NCBI GenBank assembly: GCA_004431415.1
Contig: QPMI01000409.1
Span: forward strand, 1-64,000
Direction of reading: 5' to 3'
Length of the DNA stretch: 64,000 nt
From: Cyanophora paradoxa CCMP329
Lineage: Eukaryota; Plantae; Glaucophyta
Part shown: positions 1-12,157 of the stretch, one piece after another
How the letters are laid out: every line of letters begins with the position of its first letter
Position numbering within the stretch: position 1 is the stretch's first letter
The notes under the pieces: model-generated
The model's input: only the letters and a program-made list of their open reading frames with translations
The model's database searches: none
What the model was told of the DNA's origin: nothing
Program-made: the position numbers and the translations under genes

Positions 1-227
1 GACACGTTGATGAGAGCTGAGAGCTGCAGCGGCACACGATGCGTCAGAGCATCTGAACCACATTCGAAGGAGAGTGCCAGCGACTCGCCTTCTTCTTGAC
101 GTTATACAGCGGCTCCGCAGGCTCCACCTCAATACGCTGGATGCCCTCGCGCGTCCTGATGCGCAGGAGCTGCTCGCAGGTCAGCCTTCGGCGCGCACCG
201 CGCGGGCTCGCGCACTGCCGCCGGCAT
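1..227 (-). CDS. NPL4-like protein, N-terminal ubiquitin-like domain (5' exons; gene runs off the left edge)
   Basis: Spliced reading MPAA|LLRIRTREGIQRIEVEPAEPLYNVKKK|LSALINV resembles the Npl4 N-terminus; short introns at ~171-215 and 24-88. Confidence 0.6.
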
Positions 228-948
228 TCTCGCTTGCAATTGAACAAACTCGGCCTGTGACACGCGTCTACGGGTACAGCACACACTACGTGCATACGGC
301 ACGACTGTCGACGTCGACGCTGTGAACAAAGGGTCGGGAGAGTCCTGGGGAACGGAGCCCCTCTATCCGGTCCATGCGATAACCGGCGCCGCACAAGACT
401 GTGGGCGGAAGAGGTTGGCCATTGGTGGCCAACCAACCGGAGGGAGAGCTAGCGCTAGCGCTATAGCTAGCGCTAGCTAGCTATCATAGTATAGCTAAAA
501 CTGCAGGCGCTGCCTCTTCGCTGGGGACGGGGCCGCCGACGAGGAGCCGGCCGCCTCCGGGTCCGGATCCGGTGCGGGGTCCGGGGCTCGAGCTGGCATG
601 TCGACGGACGGCACCGGGGCCTGCGCATGCACAAAAACGTTTATCCGGTCAAAGAAACGTTTATCCGGTCAAAGAAACGTGCAAAAACGTCTCTGACTGC
701 GCACCGTCCGTGCACCGGCAGCCCAACGACGTCCAGCGGAGGGGCACACCCGTCAGCGTCGTCCACACCCGAGGCCACCCGAAGCATGATGTTCCTGCGA
801 GCGATGTACACGCAGCGTGAGGGGCAGGAAAACTGGGGCCCCCGGCCGGCGCGTGCACACGCACCGAGCCCCGTTGAAGTCGCGGTCCATGATCGCCCGG
901 CACGCCGGGCAGCGGAAGACCTTGTTGCCCCGAAGCTTGCTGTGGATG

Positions 949-1360
949 AATTACGACCAGCTAAGAATTACGACCAGCTAAGAATTACGACCAGCTGCAG
1001 GGAGCTAGCCGGCATTTATATATAATTACGATCAGAGCTAAGCAAAGAAGTTGAAGATTACGATGCTCGGAATCACATGAATTATAATTACGATGCTCGC
1101 AATTACGATCCTTCTCTAGACCTGCCTTGAGCGCAGGGGCGCATGCGGGAGAGGAAAAGTAGGGGGAATTACGATGCTTGCAACTGGAATTACGACGCTC
1201 GCTTAAGCTTTGGGGGGAATTACGATTCACCTAGACCTGCATGCCGGCGCCGTGGATTTACGATCGTCTAGAGAAGACTGAGAAGACGACTGAGAAGAAT
1301 TACGATTTCGATCGCCTATCGCCCGCAATTACGATCATCGGATGCCCGGAATTACGTTCT
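949..1360 (+). repeat. Cluster of ~14 same-strand (A/G)ATTACGA motifs, starting with a 17-bp tandem repeat x3
   Basis: gaattacgaccagctaa tandem at ~948-996, then aattacga/gattacga recurring every 15-60 bp to ~1357. Confidence 0.8.
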
Positions 1361-1662
1361 TTGCTTAAGCTTGATCTAAGCGCGCCGAAGCTCCCCTGGC
1401 GTTCTCCGGTTCCCCTGCAGAGGCCGCGGCCGCAAGTTTCGACGAACTTCGGAAACTGCGTACGCCCGCCCTGCTCAGGTGAGCCCGTTGCCACGATTCA
1501 CACTAGCTACCTCATGATCAATTGCACTAGCTAGCGACCTCAATTGCAATTGCAAAGCAGCCGGTCCGCTAGACGGACCGGTCCGCCAGATCTAGACTCT
1601 CAGAGTCTGTTTGCCTTGCCAGCAGTTGCCAAGTTGCCAATTGCAAGTTGGTCTCCTGCTAC

Positions 1663-1749
1663 CTGCATTTGGACATGTACACGAAATCAAGTCGTCAAGT
1701 CCGGGCTACAAGTGTGGGATGTACACTGCGGCCGCCGCAGCCGCCGCAG
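1663..1749 (+). repeat. Dispersed repeat family B, copy 1
   Basis: tgcatttggacat...gtccgggctacaagtgtgggatgtacactgcggccgccgcagcc; similar sequence at ~29706-29781 (+) and ~34095-34160 (-). Confidence 0.7.
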
Positions 1750-2471
1750 TGTGTACGTATACGTAACTGCAGAAGGGAAGACGCCTGCGTACCCGTCCGA
1801 ACCCGGTACAGAACTCCGGGGGGAGAAGGTGACACCCCGGTACAGCATAGTCTAAAAAACCTAATACAGGAGCAGCACCGCCGCGCCGTCGTCTCGACAA
1901 GATGGCGCTCGCCCAATCGCCTCAGCTTGCGCAACAACGACACCCAGAGCAGCATCAGCAGCACCTCATCGCCCAGCCGCAGCAGCTAAGGCCCCCGCGG
2001 TTAGCACACCGCGCGCCCCCGCTCCCTCTCAGCACTGTGCGTGCCGGCGAGTCCCATGCCGGTGCGAGCGCTCCCGATGCGCCGCAGCGCCTGCGGTTCT
2101 GGTTTGACCAGTCTTCAGATGAGTGATGTTGCACTCGATCCACCCCGGCGGCCAAGTGTGGCACGCAAACTGCTCTTGCCGCGAGAAAGAGTGGCATCTA
2201 AGCGCAGCTACAGCAGCTCATGCATCGCTGTAAGCTCGCCGGACACTCCGAGCCAGTTGCTGTCTCGCCTGGGCAAGGTCGGCGCTCTTAGCTAAAGGGC
2301 AAGGTCGGCTCTCTGACCTGATCTGCAGCGCCTGTGCATCTCCGGACTGGAGGCCCTCCCCTCCCGCACTTGCAGAGAAGGATCGTGGGACGAGGAAGAT
2401 ATCCGCAGGTGCAGCCGCACAATGCTATGAGCTTTTGTGTGCTTCGATGCTGATCTACTCCGCGGCAGTGT

Positions 2472-2957
2472 TTGAGCTCGCGGAGCTCCTGCCCGGATAC
2501 CTCCCCAACGTCGTCCTCGCTGAACTCACTCGATGTCTCCCCGCTCGGTGGCCTACCGTCGATCTCCTCCAGCCTTTCAACGCTCTCCAGACTCGCTTCC
2601 ACCGTTGCTTCCTGTCTTATCTCGTCCGAGAGCACCGGCGCAAGCATCGCCCTGCTCAACAGTGTGCTCCGCGTGCTCTTCCAGGCGGACGAGTTGATTG
2701 CGCACTCGTTTTCTGCAATCAGCACTTCTGTGGCAGAACTGCTTCCTCCCCTTCCGCAAGTCGAACTCGGCCCCGGCCAGCTCCACAACACCTTGAACAG
2801 CACCATCTCGTCCCTCGTCTTGCGTCTCCAGCTCTTCAACACCATGCCTTCCACTTCCCTCTCTGCATCAAACCCGTCAGCTCAGAAGGATTTGAACGAG
2901 GCTCACTCCTGCTTGTCTCATGCCCTCTTCCTGCTCAAGTCAAACCCCTTCTTGTGA
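2472..2957 (+). CDS. Hypothetical Ser/Leu-rich protein or transposon remnant
   Basis: 161-aa ORF with helical-looking C-terminal half; no family recognised. Confidence 0.2.
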   Translation: MSSRSSCPDTSPTSSSLNSLDVSPLGGLPSISSSLSTLSRLASTVASCLISSESTGASIALLNSVLRVLFQADELIAHSFSAISTSVAELLPPLPQVELGPGQLHNTLNSTISSLVLRLQLFNTMPSTSLSASNPSAQKDLNEAHSCLSHALFLLKSNPFL

Positions 2958-3416
2958 GGCGCCTTCAGCCGCTTTTAGGGTGGTGCCTCTAGCAGGCAAA
3001 GCGCCCTCTTCTTTTTCTAGTTAGCTAGCAAATGGACACGAACTAACTCACAGTTAGCTGGGCAGCCTAGTTCCCAAGTAGCCAACGCGGGTAGGATAGT
3101 CCGACTGTCAGCAGGCAGATAGAATCCCCTTTCCGAGTCCCTTTTTCAGCCAGATGCAATTCCGTAATTTATCTGGATCCCGTCCCCAGTGGTCATACTG
3201 CACAACCCCAATCGTCATGACAGAAAAGTGGTCAGACGGCCATCATGTACAATTACAGGAAGAATTACAGGACTGAGGAGTACAGCATCAGGGTGAAAAA
3301 GCCAAGGCCTTCTAAACTTGAAAACATAGCCGCTGTACAAAAGTTGAAGGCCCGGCCCCTGCTGTGCATCAAGACTTGACAGATCAGACACATACGCATC
3401 GAAGGCCTGCTGTGCA

Positions 3417-3653
3417 TCAAGACTGCTTGTGTCCGAGGAGGGGCATCGAAGTGCGTGCACGAAGATCAGAAGTCACATCGTCCTCGCTCCGCCACAGGCT
3501 CGTGATTGTCTTGGTCTTCGTGAAGAACATCATTCCTGGCGTTACGTGTGGGTGTGAGGCTTGGCCGGGACGGGGGGGAGGGGAGGGGGGCGGAAGGGGG
3601 GAGAGGGGGGGAGAGGGGGAAGGGAAAGGAGGGGGAAGGGGGGGGGGGGGGGG

Positions 3654-3691
<38 letters not shown>

Positions 3692-5876
3692 GGAGAAAGA
3701 GAGAGGGGGGGGGGGGGGGGCGCACCCTGCTTTCCGTAGAAGTGCAGGTCGCCACGAATGGAGCCCCGGGAGCCCGTGAAAGAGAAGAAGGGGAGCGCCA
3801 CGGGGATGGGGACGTTCACGCCCACCTGCGACCGCGACTCGTCTTCGGACCAAAGCCGACTGCATGCCTGGCAAGGGGTAGAACCGGACCTGGCCCGCGT
3901 CCACCTCGTGCTGGAACTTGCGGGCCGTGGCGCCGCTGCGGGTGAAGATCGCGGTGCCGTTGCCATACGGGTTTGCGTTGATGATCCCGATCGCCTCATC
4001 GATCTGCAAGTACCTCAGCTCGGCAAAACTTCGAGAAAGGGAGCCCGCCGCACTGTATCGGCTCTCATAACGCAAAGAACAGGTCCGAAGATCTGGAGGA
4101 AAGTCAGCAGGGCAGAAACCGGGGGTGGCCAGGGCAGCGGGCGCCTCCTCCGTGTAACACTCCATCGAAGGCGTGACGTTCGCGAGGATTGTGGGGCCCA
4201 CGAAGTTGCCCCGCTCGTAGCCCGGCACGACCACGCCGCGGCCGTCGAGGGCAAGCGTTGCGCCGGCCTTGACGCCCCCCTCAACAAGGTCGCTCACCCG
4301 CTTCTTCGCCTCGGGCGAGATGAGCGGGCCGACGTCTGCCTCGGGCTCGTGGCCGGCGTTGACGCGCAGGGCCTTAGCGCGCTGTGAAGTTTTGAAGGGT
4401 CAGTCAGGTCAGTTCCAGCATGAAAACAAGGGGCAGCATTCGAGCACCTGAACGAGCTCAGGAAGCCAGGATTGAGCCTCGCCAACTAGAATAAGCGTCG
4501 AGAGTGCCATGCAGCGCTGCCCGGCCGCCCCGAACGCCGCCCCCACGACCGCGTTCAGCGCCTGCTCCCGGTTCGCGTCCGGCATGATCACGCCGTGGTT
4601 CTTGGCTCCGAGGTTGGCCTGCACACGCTTGCCCGTGGCCGTCCCGCGCGCGAAGATATGTTCCCCGGCCTTGTTCCCGCCCACAAACGAGATCGCCTTG
4701 ATGTCAGGCGCGTCGCAGATGAAGTTCACTGCGTCCTGCGCCCGAACTCTGTACAGGGCGTACGGAGGGCTACAGAGGGCCGCGTCTCGTACGTGGGTCC
4801 CGTGGATGATGTTGAGGACCCCGGGGGCAGGCCGCCTCCGCGGCCAGCCGCGCGAGCAGCATCGACGTGTTCGGCACCGCCTCGAGGGTTTCAGCACGAA
4901 CGTGTTGCCCGTCGTGACCGCCATCGGGAACATCTGCATTCTCGACTCAAGAGCGACCGTGAGAGGAAGCCAAGAGCGACCGCACCCAGAGTGGAATCAT
5001 GGCGGGAAAGTTGAAAGGCGCTTGGGAGAGGGCGGCGTCAGCAGCGCCGCCCTACGCATTAAGAACGCAGCGCACGATGCCAGCGCAGACCCCAGCGGCT
5101 GGCGGTAGCTGTACGTGTCCATGTTCCGGCTCACGTTCTCGACCGTCTCGCCCATTGACATTGAAGACATGCCGCACGCCACCTCGACCACCTCTGCACG
5201 AGCTCGGGCCGTGAGAAGGTGCATGCGCGAGCGAAACCGGTGCCGAACGCGCACCGAGACCGCGGGTCACGTCTCCGCGAGCGTCCGCGAGGGTCTTCCC
5301 CTGTTCCTTAGTTACGCAGGCGGCCGCTCGTCCTGCAACGGGCTGAGCGCGCGTACGCCAATACAGAGAGCATCCACACCAGCCTCAGCGGACCATATTT
5401 TGACGGATGAGTTGCTGCAAGTTGAACATGACGCGCGCGCGAGCCATTATGGGCACTTCATGCCATGTCTTGAACGCCTCTTCGCCGCCGCTACGCCGAC
5501 TCCATCTCTGCCTTCGTGCTGATCGGAACGCGGGAAACGACTTCCTGCGTCGCTGGGGAAGAGAAACGGCGGGCGCATGCAAATCAAACCTTCGTTGTGT
5601 GCGCAGGCGTGCAGGAACGGCGGCGCAGGAGAGCGCAGAGCACCTGGGTGTGTACGTCGATGTACTGCGTTGCCCTGACTCGACGAACTCATTGTTGATG
5701 AAGAGCTTCAGAGTAGGCTGCGCGGGCAAGCTGGTTCACTTGCACGCAGGCTCTTGTCAAGCAGAGGGGACGTACGGGGCTGGCCGGCGCCGCCTTTGCC
5801 ACCGCAGCCGTCGCCATCGCTTGGAGATGAGCACGGCGCAGGTCAAGCGGCTCTTCGCGCGGGCGCAGGTGTACAT
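3417..5876 (-). CDS. ALDH6A1: Methylmalonate-semialdehyde dehydrogenase (multi-exon)
   Basis: Motifs [59 protein letters not shown]|[27 protein letters not shown]. Confidence 0.95.
3571..3720. repeat. Poly-G / (GA)n microsatellite inside the last MMSDH intron
   Basis: Long G runs and (ga)n seen directly. Confidence 0.9.
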
Positions 5877-6019
5877 GTCAGGCTGCCGTTCGAATTGGGC
5901 GCCGAGCTCGCGGTGCCCGGCCGCAGCTGGAGGGTCCGGTCTATAAAGGAGTGTACCCGTCGATCGAGCGCACCGCTGCGCACGGCTGCGCACCGCTGCG
6001 CACTGTTGGACAGCTACGA

Positions 6020-9000
6020 GATGCGGAGGAGGAGCGGCGCCGCGGAGGTCGCTGCCCTGTTGCTTGCCGTCCTGGCGGTCGCCGCCGCGCAAGCGCCGAC
6101 AATGACGTCGGTTCGTCGGGCCCCAACGCTTCTCCTATGCGCTCTATCCAGAACGAGCCGATTGCGGCCCTCTACGTCGCACCCCGCCGCGATGTCGCCG
6201 GCAGCCCACTTGTCTCTCGACGCCGCTCGGCGGGCGCCTACGTCGCATGCGTTTGCAGTGTGATTGGCCTCCTCTAGGGCGCCCTTGACGCTCATGCGGC
6301 GCTGTCGCCTCTATTTCTTGGGGCGGGCTGCTGTCGTACGAACCGAGCGCGTGCTGACCGACCCACGCCAGAAACTCATTGACTCGCCGCTGAAAACAAT
6401 TCGCTTTCTGCGTGCGTGTCGCGTTCTGCACGTGGGTCGGTCGATCTGGTTTCTGACGGGTTCTCTTGCGCAGCTCGCCCGGCTTTGACGTGAGCTGCTT
6501 GCACCTCAACCTGCTCTGCGTGCCGGCGGCTGATCGCTATGATACGCGCAGCTCACATTCGCGCGGAGTCAGCGGAATCAAGTCTATCGCAGTTTGGACG
6601 GGGGCATCACCTGGACCAACGAGATGGCACGCATCTTGGACGACGAAGGGCAGGAGGCCCAAGGAATCAGCGCCATTTGGATCAACCCCATCGATTCGAA
6701 GCGGGCGCGCGGACTCCCGCCGGCTTCGCGCCGGCGGCGCGCTCGGCCCCTTGCCTTATCGTGCGCCTCACCGCCGCAGATGTTCCTCGTGGGCTCGGCA
6801 CTACACTGGCTGACAATCGACGGTGGCGAGAAATATGTTCCGATCCGCACGTCCCTCCAATCCAGTCTCTGCGGTGGCACCCGCGGCAGGTGGACTGGGC
6901 GCTCGCCTCCGTCATCGCTTCGTCCTGCTACGGGGAGGCCGGCCCGATGCCCCCTCGGGCGGCGAGGGCTGCAACATCCAGCTGCACCTCACGCAGGTTC
7001 GCCGGGCCAGGCGAGCGCACGCGCCGGTGCCTCGCTGCCCGCCCGAACGCCCTCGCAGGACGCGGGCCGGACCTGGCGGCAGGTCTCCTCCTACGTGATC
7101 GGCTTCTCGTGGGCATGCCAGACGCCCCCAACTACTCGATACGCTCGCTTCGTCTGCGGGACGAAGGACGGCTTCCGCAAGGGCAACCAGGACTTCTCGC
7201 AGTGGGACATGAACGCCGAGGTCCGCCGCACGGACAACCTCTGGAAGTCCGAAGGCACCGCCGTGCCGCGTGCGCCTGCGCCCAAGCCCCGCACCGCTCC
7301 GATGCCCTTCCTGACCCCCGGACTGCCTGCAGACGGCACTGCCTTTCTGTGGGTCGAGAGATTCCTCTTCGTCGGCCTCGTGCGCTAGCCCTCCGGGCGG
7401 CACGCGCTCTGCCCGCCCTCGCCCGCCTCACGCGCGCCCTGCCCCTCCGTCGCGCCGCAGCTCAACCCGCTGGAGCCGCAGGAGATCAAGCTGAAGGTGC
7501 GGGGTGGTGGGATCGATGGCTGTTTTCCGCGCCCGCGGCCTCCTCAGCGCGGGGAGCAGGTCAGCCGAGACAACGGAAGACCTTCGACGATGCGCTCTTC
7601 CCTTCAGGCTGAGCGAGGCGGGGTACACGGTCCTGGACACGAGCCAAGGAGCCGTCTTCGTCTCGTAGCCCACTCGTGCGAGCGCGACAGCGGCAACGTC
7701 TACCTCAGCAACTCCGCCGGTGCAGCGGGTCCGCGCGGAGGCGCAACCCGGGGGCCTCACCTCCTTCGCAGGAAACCGCTACAGCCTGGCAATCCGCGGG
7801 GTGCCGAGGAACGCAGTCGGCAAGACCGACTTCGAGAAGGCGAGCGGCGCCGGTACTCCGCCCCTTCCCTCTGTGCTGACTTTGTGGTTCTCCGCGCCCA
7901 GATCAAGAGCCTCGAGGGCGTCTATGTGGCCAACACGTTCGGGGAGCGGCCGCCTGGGCCCGTACTTCCCCCCGGAGGGCGGGCAGGAGCGGCGCCGCCC
8001 GCTCCGCACGCGCATCTCCTTCAACAAGGGTCTTTTTGGATGAAGGTGCGGCCGCCCTTTGTCGACGCGAACGGCGCGCCGTATGTGGACAGCGACGGCA
8101 CGCCCTGCGAGTCCGTCTGGAAGACCCTGAGAACGTTCCCGAGGTGCCGACGATCTCGAGCCCCTGCCGCTCTAGATCTCCTTAGTTTCCTCGCGCAGGA
8201 CTCGGAGTGCCAGCTGCAGCTCCACATGGCGGCGGAGGGTGCGCCGCTCTCACGGCGCTGACTGCGGGACCGCCGGCGGCCGCGGCCTCTGAGCGGCTGC
8301 AGACAAGTATGCGCCGATCTCTCGCCCCGAACGCGACGGGCATCGTCATCCGCGACGGGCAACGTGGGCTCCTACCTCCAGGACCGCGACGAGCAGGGCG
8401 CCTCGCCTCGCCCGAGCGGCGTTGCAGGCGCGCCGCGCGCGAGCCGGGCCGCGCAGGTCACACGTTCCTCTCCCGCGACGGCGGCCTCACATGGTGCGAG
8501 CCTGCAGGGAGACCGAAAGCGTTTTGAGCGCTGAGGCTTCTTTGGCAGGACGGAGATCGCGAAGGGGAGCCACGTGTACGAGTTTGGGGACACGGCTCGC
8601 TTCTCGTCGCTGTGCCCAACCTCGTCGCCACCAAGACCCTCAAGGCGCCCCGCGGGCCGCGCCCCGCGCTGGGCCGGACTGGGCCCGTCTGACCGACTCA
8701 AACGGCCGCTGCAGGTACTCGTGGGACGAGGGGAAGACGTGGCGCAACTTCGACTTCAGCGACGTCGACGTCTCCGTCGACAACGTCGTCGCATGTGCGC
8801 GCTCCACCGCTTGCGCTTTCCTTCGTGCCCTGATCCTGCAGCGCCGCACGCGGTGGAGAGCGATTGTCCTGTACGGGTCCCGGGGCGCCAGGCGAGCCGG
8901 CCGCCCTTTGCTGACGCGGGCGCCGTTGAGTGATCCCGGCACCCCAGGGCGTCATCGTGCACGTCGACTTTCCATCTGCACATGCGCATGTGTACGCGGG

Positions 9001-10805
9001 ATCGCCGCTGTTCCATTACGCTTAGCGTGCGGCTTCTCGGCCGACCGCGCCGCGAGGCAAGGCGTGGACGCGCCGAACGCCCCGGACTCGACTACGAGCC
9101 TGGACTCCGGGCGCGCACGACAGAGGTGCGGCGGGCCGCGCCCTGCACCCGGCTGGCACTCACGCCGGTTGCCGGCAGTGCGTGCTTGGCCACACGATCA
9201 CGTACGTGCGGAGGAAGCGGGACAGCGAGTGCGACAACCGGAGACCAGCAGCGCAGGCGCGGGGCCGCCCTCGCGCCCTCGCCTCGCCGCTCGCGCCGCC
9301 CGCAGATCTCGCGGAAGACTGCGCTGCACGAGGCGGACTTCGAGTGGTGCGCGCGTCGTGGCCGGCGTTCTTGAAGTCAGCGCTGACTGCCTTCCAGCGC
9401 GTACGGGTTCGAGCGGGACTACGACCAGGGCCCTGCAAGGTTCCTTCTGGCTCTGCCCCGCCCCCGGACCGCGCGCCCAGCGGCTCCGTGCAGCCGCTGT
9501 GGCCGGTGCAGAACAACATCCCGATCGACTGCCCGGACGGCTCCACCTTCTTCGTCACCAACGGCTACAGGTCGCTCCGCGAGCCGAGCCAGCCCACACG
9601 CGTCCAAGCCGACCGAAGCCAGTCTTAGCCTAGTCGAGCTCTAATCGCCCCCTCTCACGTCGAGGGCGGTGGCAGCGGGTGGCGGGGGATACGTGCGACA
9701 TCAACGACCGAGCGTCTCGAACGGTTCCGCCGCATCCACGAGCCTTCTCGACGCAGGTGGCCATGCAGACAGAGCAAGGCCGCCGGGCTGCGCTGGGCTC
9801 TCCATTTGCCTCGATTGAAACCCCGAACCCTTATCTTTCGCCCCCGTCCTCACGCACTTGCGGCGCAGTGCCCGACGCGCGGCGGCCACGGTGGCTCGTC
9901 TTCCTAGTCGTCTGCTGCGTCCTCGGCGCCGCCGCCGCCGCCGGCGCATTCCTCTACCGCTACCGCAACTCGGACAGGTCGGTCATTCTCACCCACAACC
10001 TCCCCTCGTCCTCTGCTCATCCCGCGCGGCAGTCTGGGCGCCGTGAAGGAGCTCTGGAGCCGCTGGGAGGCAAAGCTGGGCAGGCATCCGCCGGCCGCTT
10101 CTCCCGCGTCCGCTACTCGGGGTCCGCTGTATTGACTTGAAGCAAACGCCGTATAACAAAGCTAACATTTAGCGTCGCCATCCGGTGCAGGCTGAGCGGG
10201 GCGGAGGGGGCGGAGGGCCTGCTGGACGACGACATGGACGCGGAGGCGAGCGCGGAGCCGCTGCCAGAGCCACTCGAGCAACGCCACGTGCGCCCCCGCG
10301 TTCATTCCCTGCTTCAATCCGCGCTGCGCTGCGCTGCGCTGTGCTACGCATGGTGGGCTGACGTGAAGCAGGTACTCCTTTGCCGGCGGCGCGGGCCGCG
10401 GCCGGGCCAGCAGGCGCCCGACGGTCGCGAGCCTGTCCGCGGCGGCAGCGGCCGGCGCCGGCTCAGGCCCCGCGACCGCAAGCCCAAGCCCAGCCGGCCG
10501 GAGCCGCAGCGGGGCCTCTTCCCTCTTCGACATAGGCGACTTCGGGCAGCTGACAGCGGCGGCGGCCCGGGGCCCGCGCCCCCCTACCGCCCCCGCCCGG
10601 CGAGGCCGCCGTCGCGGGGATGTCGATGGCACCCGCGGCCGCGGCGGGCCCTCGGGACCCCGGCGCCGCCCTCGCCCCAAGGACGGCCATGCCGCCCGCG
10701 GGGGCCAGCTTCTCGACGACGACGTGCTCGGGAAGGGCTCGAGCTGAGGGCCGCACTGCGGCACAGCGCACGCTCCCGAGTCCTCCTCCTCCCGCGCAGG
10801 CCTGA
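6020..10805 (+). CDS. Vps10/sortilin-domain type I membrane receptor (multi-exon)
   Basis: Signal peptide (AALLLAVLAVAAAQ); Asp-box repeats SxDGGITW, SRDGGLTW, SWDEGKTW; DFEK|IKSLEGVYVAN; 10CC-like CxLGHTITYVRRKRDSEC and VAGDTC; TM helix near 9890-9960. Confidence 0.88.
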
Positions 10806-10986
10806 ATTGCGCCTGCCCCTGTATATCTCCTGCAGATTCTAGAATTCGGAAATTCAGTTACTCTCAGAGGCCGACATTACCTGCAAATCATCATGGCATC
10901 ATCTCCATGTACACTTTAGAATGCAAAATCCAAGTTCGGGACTGAATTCGAAGTTGAGTGATCATCGGATGCAATTATACACGCTA

Positions 10987-11735
10987 TTATAATTCGTAGC
11001 CGTAGCGGCCGAGGCTACGGCGCGGTCCATGGCCTGCTGCGCAGGAACGCGGCGGGCTCGTAGGCGGCGACCCTGCGCACCCGTGAGCGAGGGTCCGCGC
11101 AGTTGAAACGAATGGTGCGGGTGGCGCACCCTTCAAAACGCGGATGGTCGCGCCTGGGCCGATGCCGAAATCTGATATGCACTTGATGCTGCCCAGCTCT
11201 ATCCACAATCGACGGCCTTCGAACAGCATGATTTGCTGCGGCTGCTTGAGCTCGAATTCGCCTGTCGGAGCGATAAGTGACAAGAACGGGCGAGGGGGGC
11301 AAGATGTGCGTACGTTCTATCAATTGTATAAGATACATAATCGAGCAATGGCCTGTGATTTCGATCTTGATCTCCTTTGTGGGGAACTCTGCACGTGAAG
11401 CAGTGAGCTGCCGCACGCCGCAGCGCTAGCAGCCCCTCTGCGATGCGGCAGCTCACTTCTTCACTTTGCCGCCCTTCCCCTTGCCTGCACGTGAAGCAGT
11501 GAGCTGCCGCACGCCGCAGCGCTAGCTAACCCCTCTCGATGAATGCACTGACCTTTTCCCTTGCCGCCTTTTGCCTCCTTCGCTTTCTTCAAGCGGCAAG
11601 GGAAAGGTCAGCGCATTCATCGGAGAGGGGGTAGCTAGCGCTGCGGCGTGCCTTATCAGCCTCGGTTTCAAGCTCGGGGATGTCTGCCGTCCGACAGCGT
11701 CAGAGCGCCCAGCTCAGGCACAGAGTTCATATCTA
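10987..11735 (-). CDS. Small Lys/Gly-rich protein with a ubiquitin-like domain
   Basis: Exons EFPTKEIKIEITGHCSIMYLIQLIE and LKQPQQIMLFEGRRL...ISDFGIGPGATIRVL resemble a Ubl fold; start uncertain. Confidence 0.5.
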
Positions 11736-12157
11736 AAGCGAACGAACCTGGTATAAATGACGGATTCGGCCCTATGACCGTGAGTGGTCCTTCCAGACGC
11801 TGGTGCGCGGGCGGTCCATCTTCTAACGCGCCCCTCTGTAGCGACGCGCTGAGCGCTGACCGTCTCTCGCTTAGCTATGGATTCTGGCGGTTCGTCAGGC
11901 GAGCCTCCGCTGTCTGTTGCAGATCGCGAATCCTCGGCTTGCGAATCGTTCGTGCAGCGGTAGGACGTTCGTGGAGGCGTCTAGCAGCTGCTATGAATCT
12001 TTGTGCAGGGTGGCGCAGGAGCGGCCGAGGGAAAGCCTCTTTTGGATTGCGGTGCCTGGGTACGGCCGCTCTTCGTGCGCGACTCGGGAACGCGGCTGAT
12101 TGAGTGCCGGACACACTCTAGCAGCGCAGAAAAGAAGGACGCGCACCCCAGCGTTCG

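Noticed and set aside
949-1360. Motif/spacer pattern as a CRISPR-like array
   Set aside because: The repeat is only 8-9 bp and the spacing is irregular.
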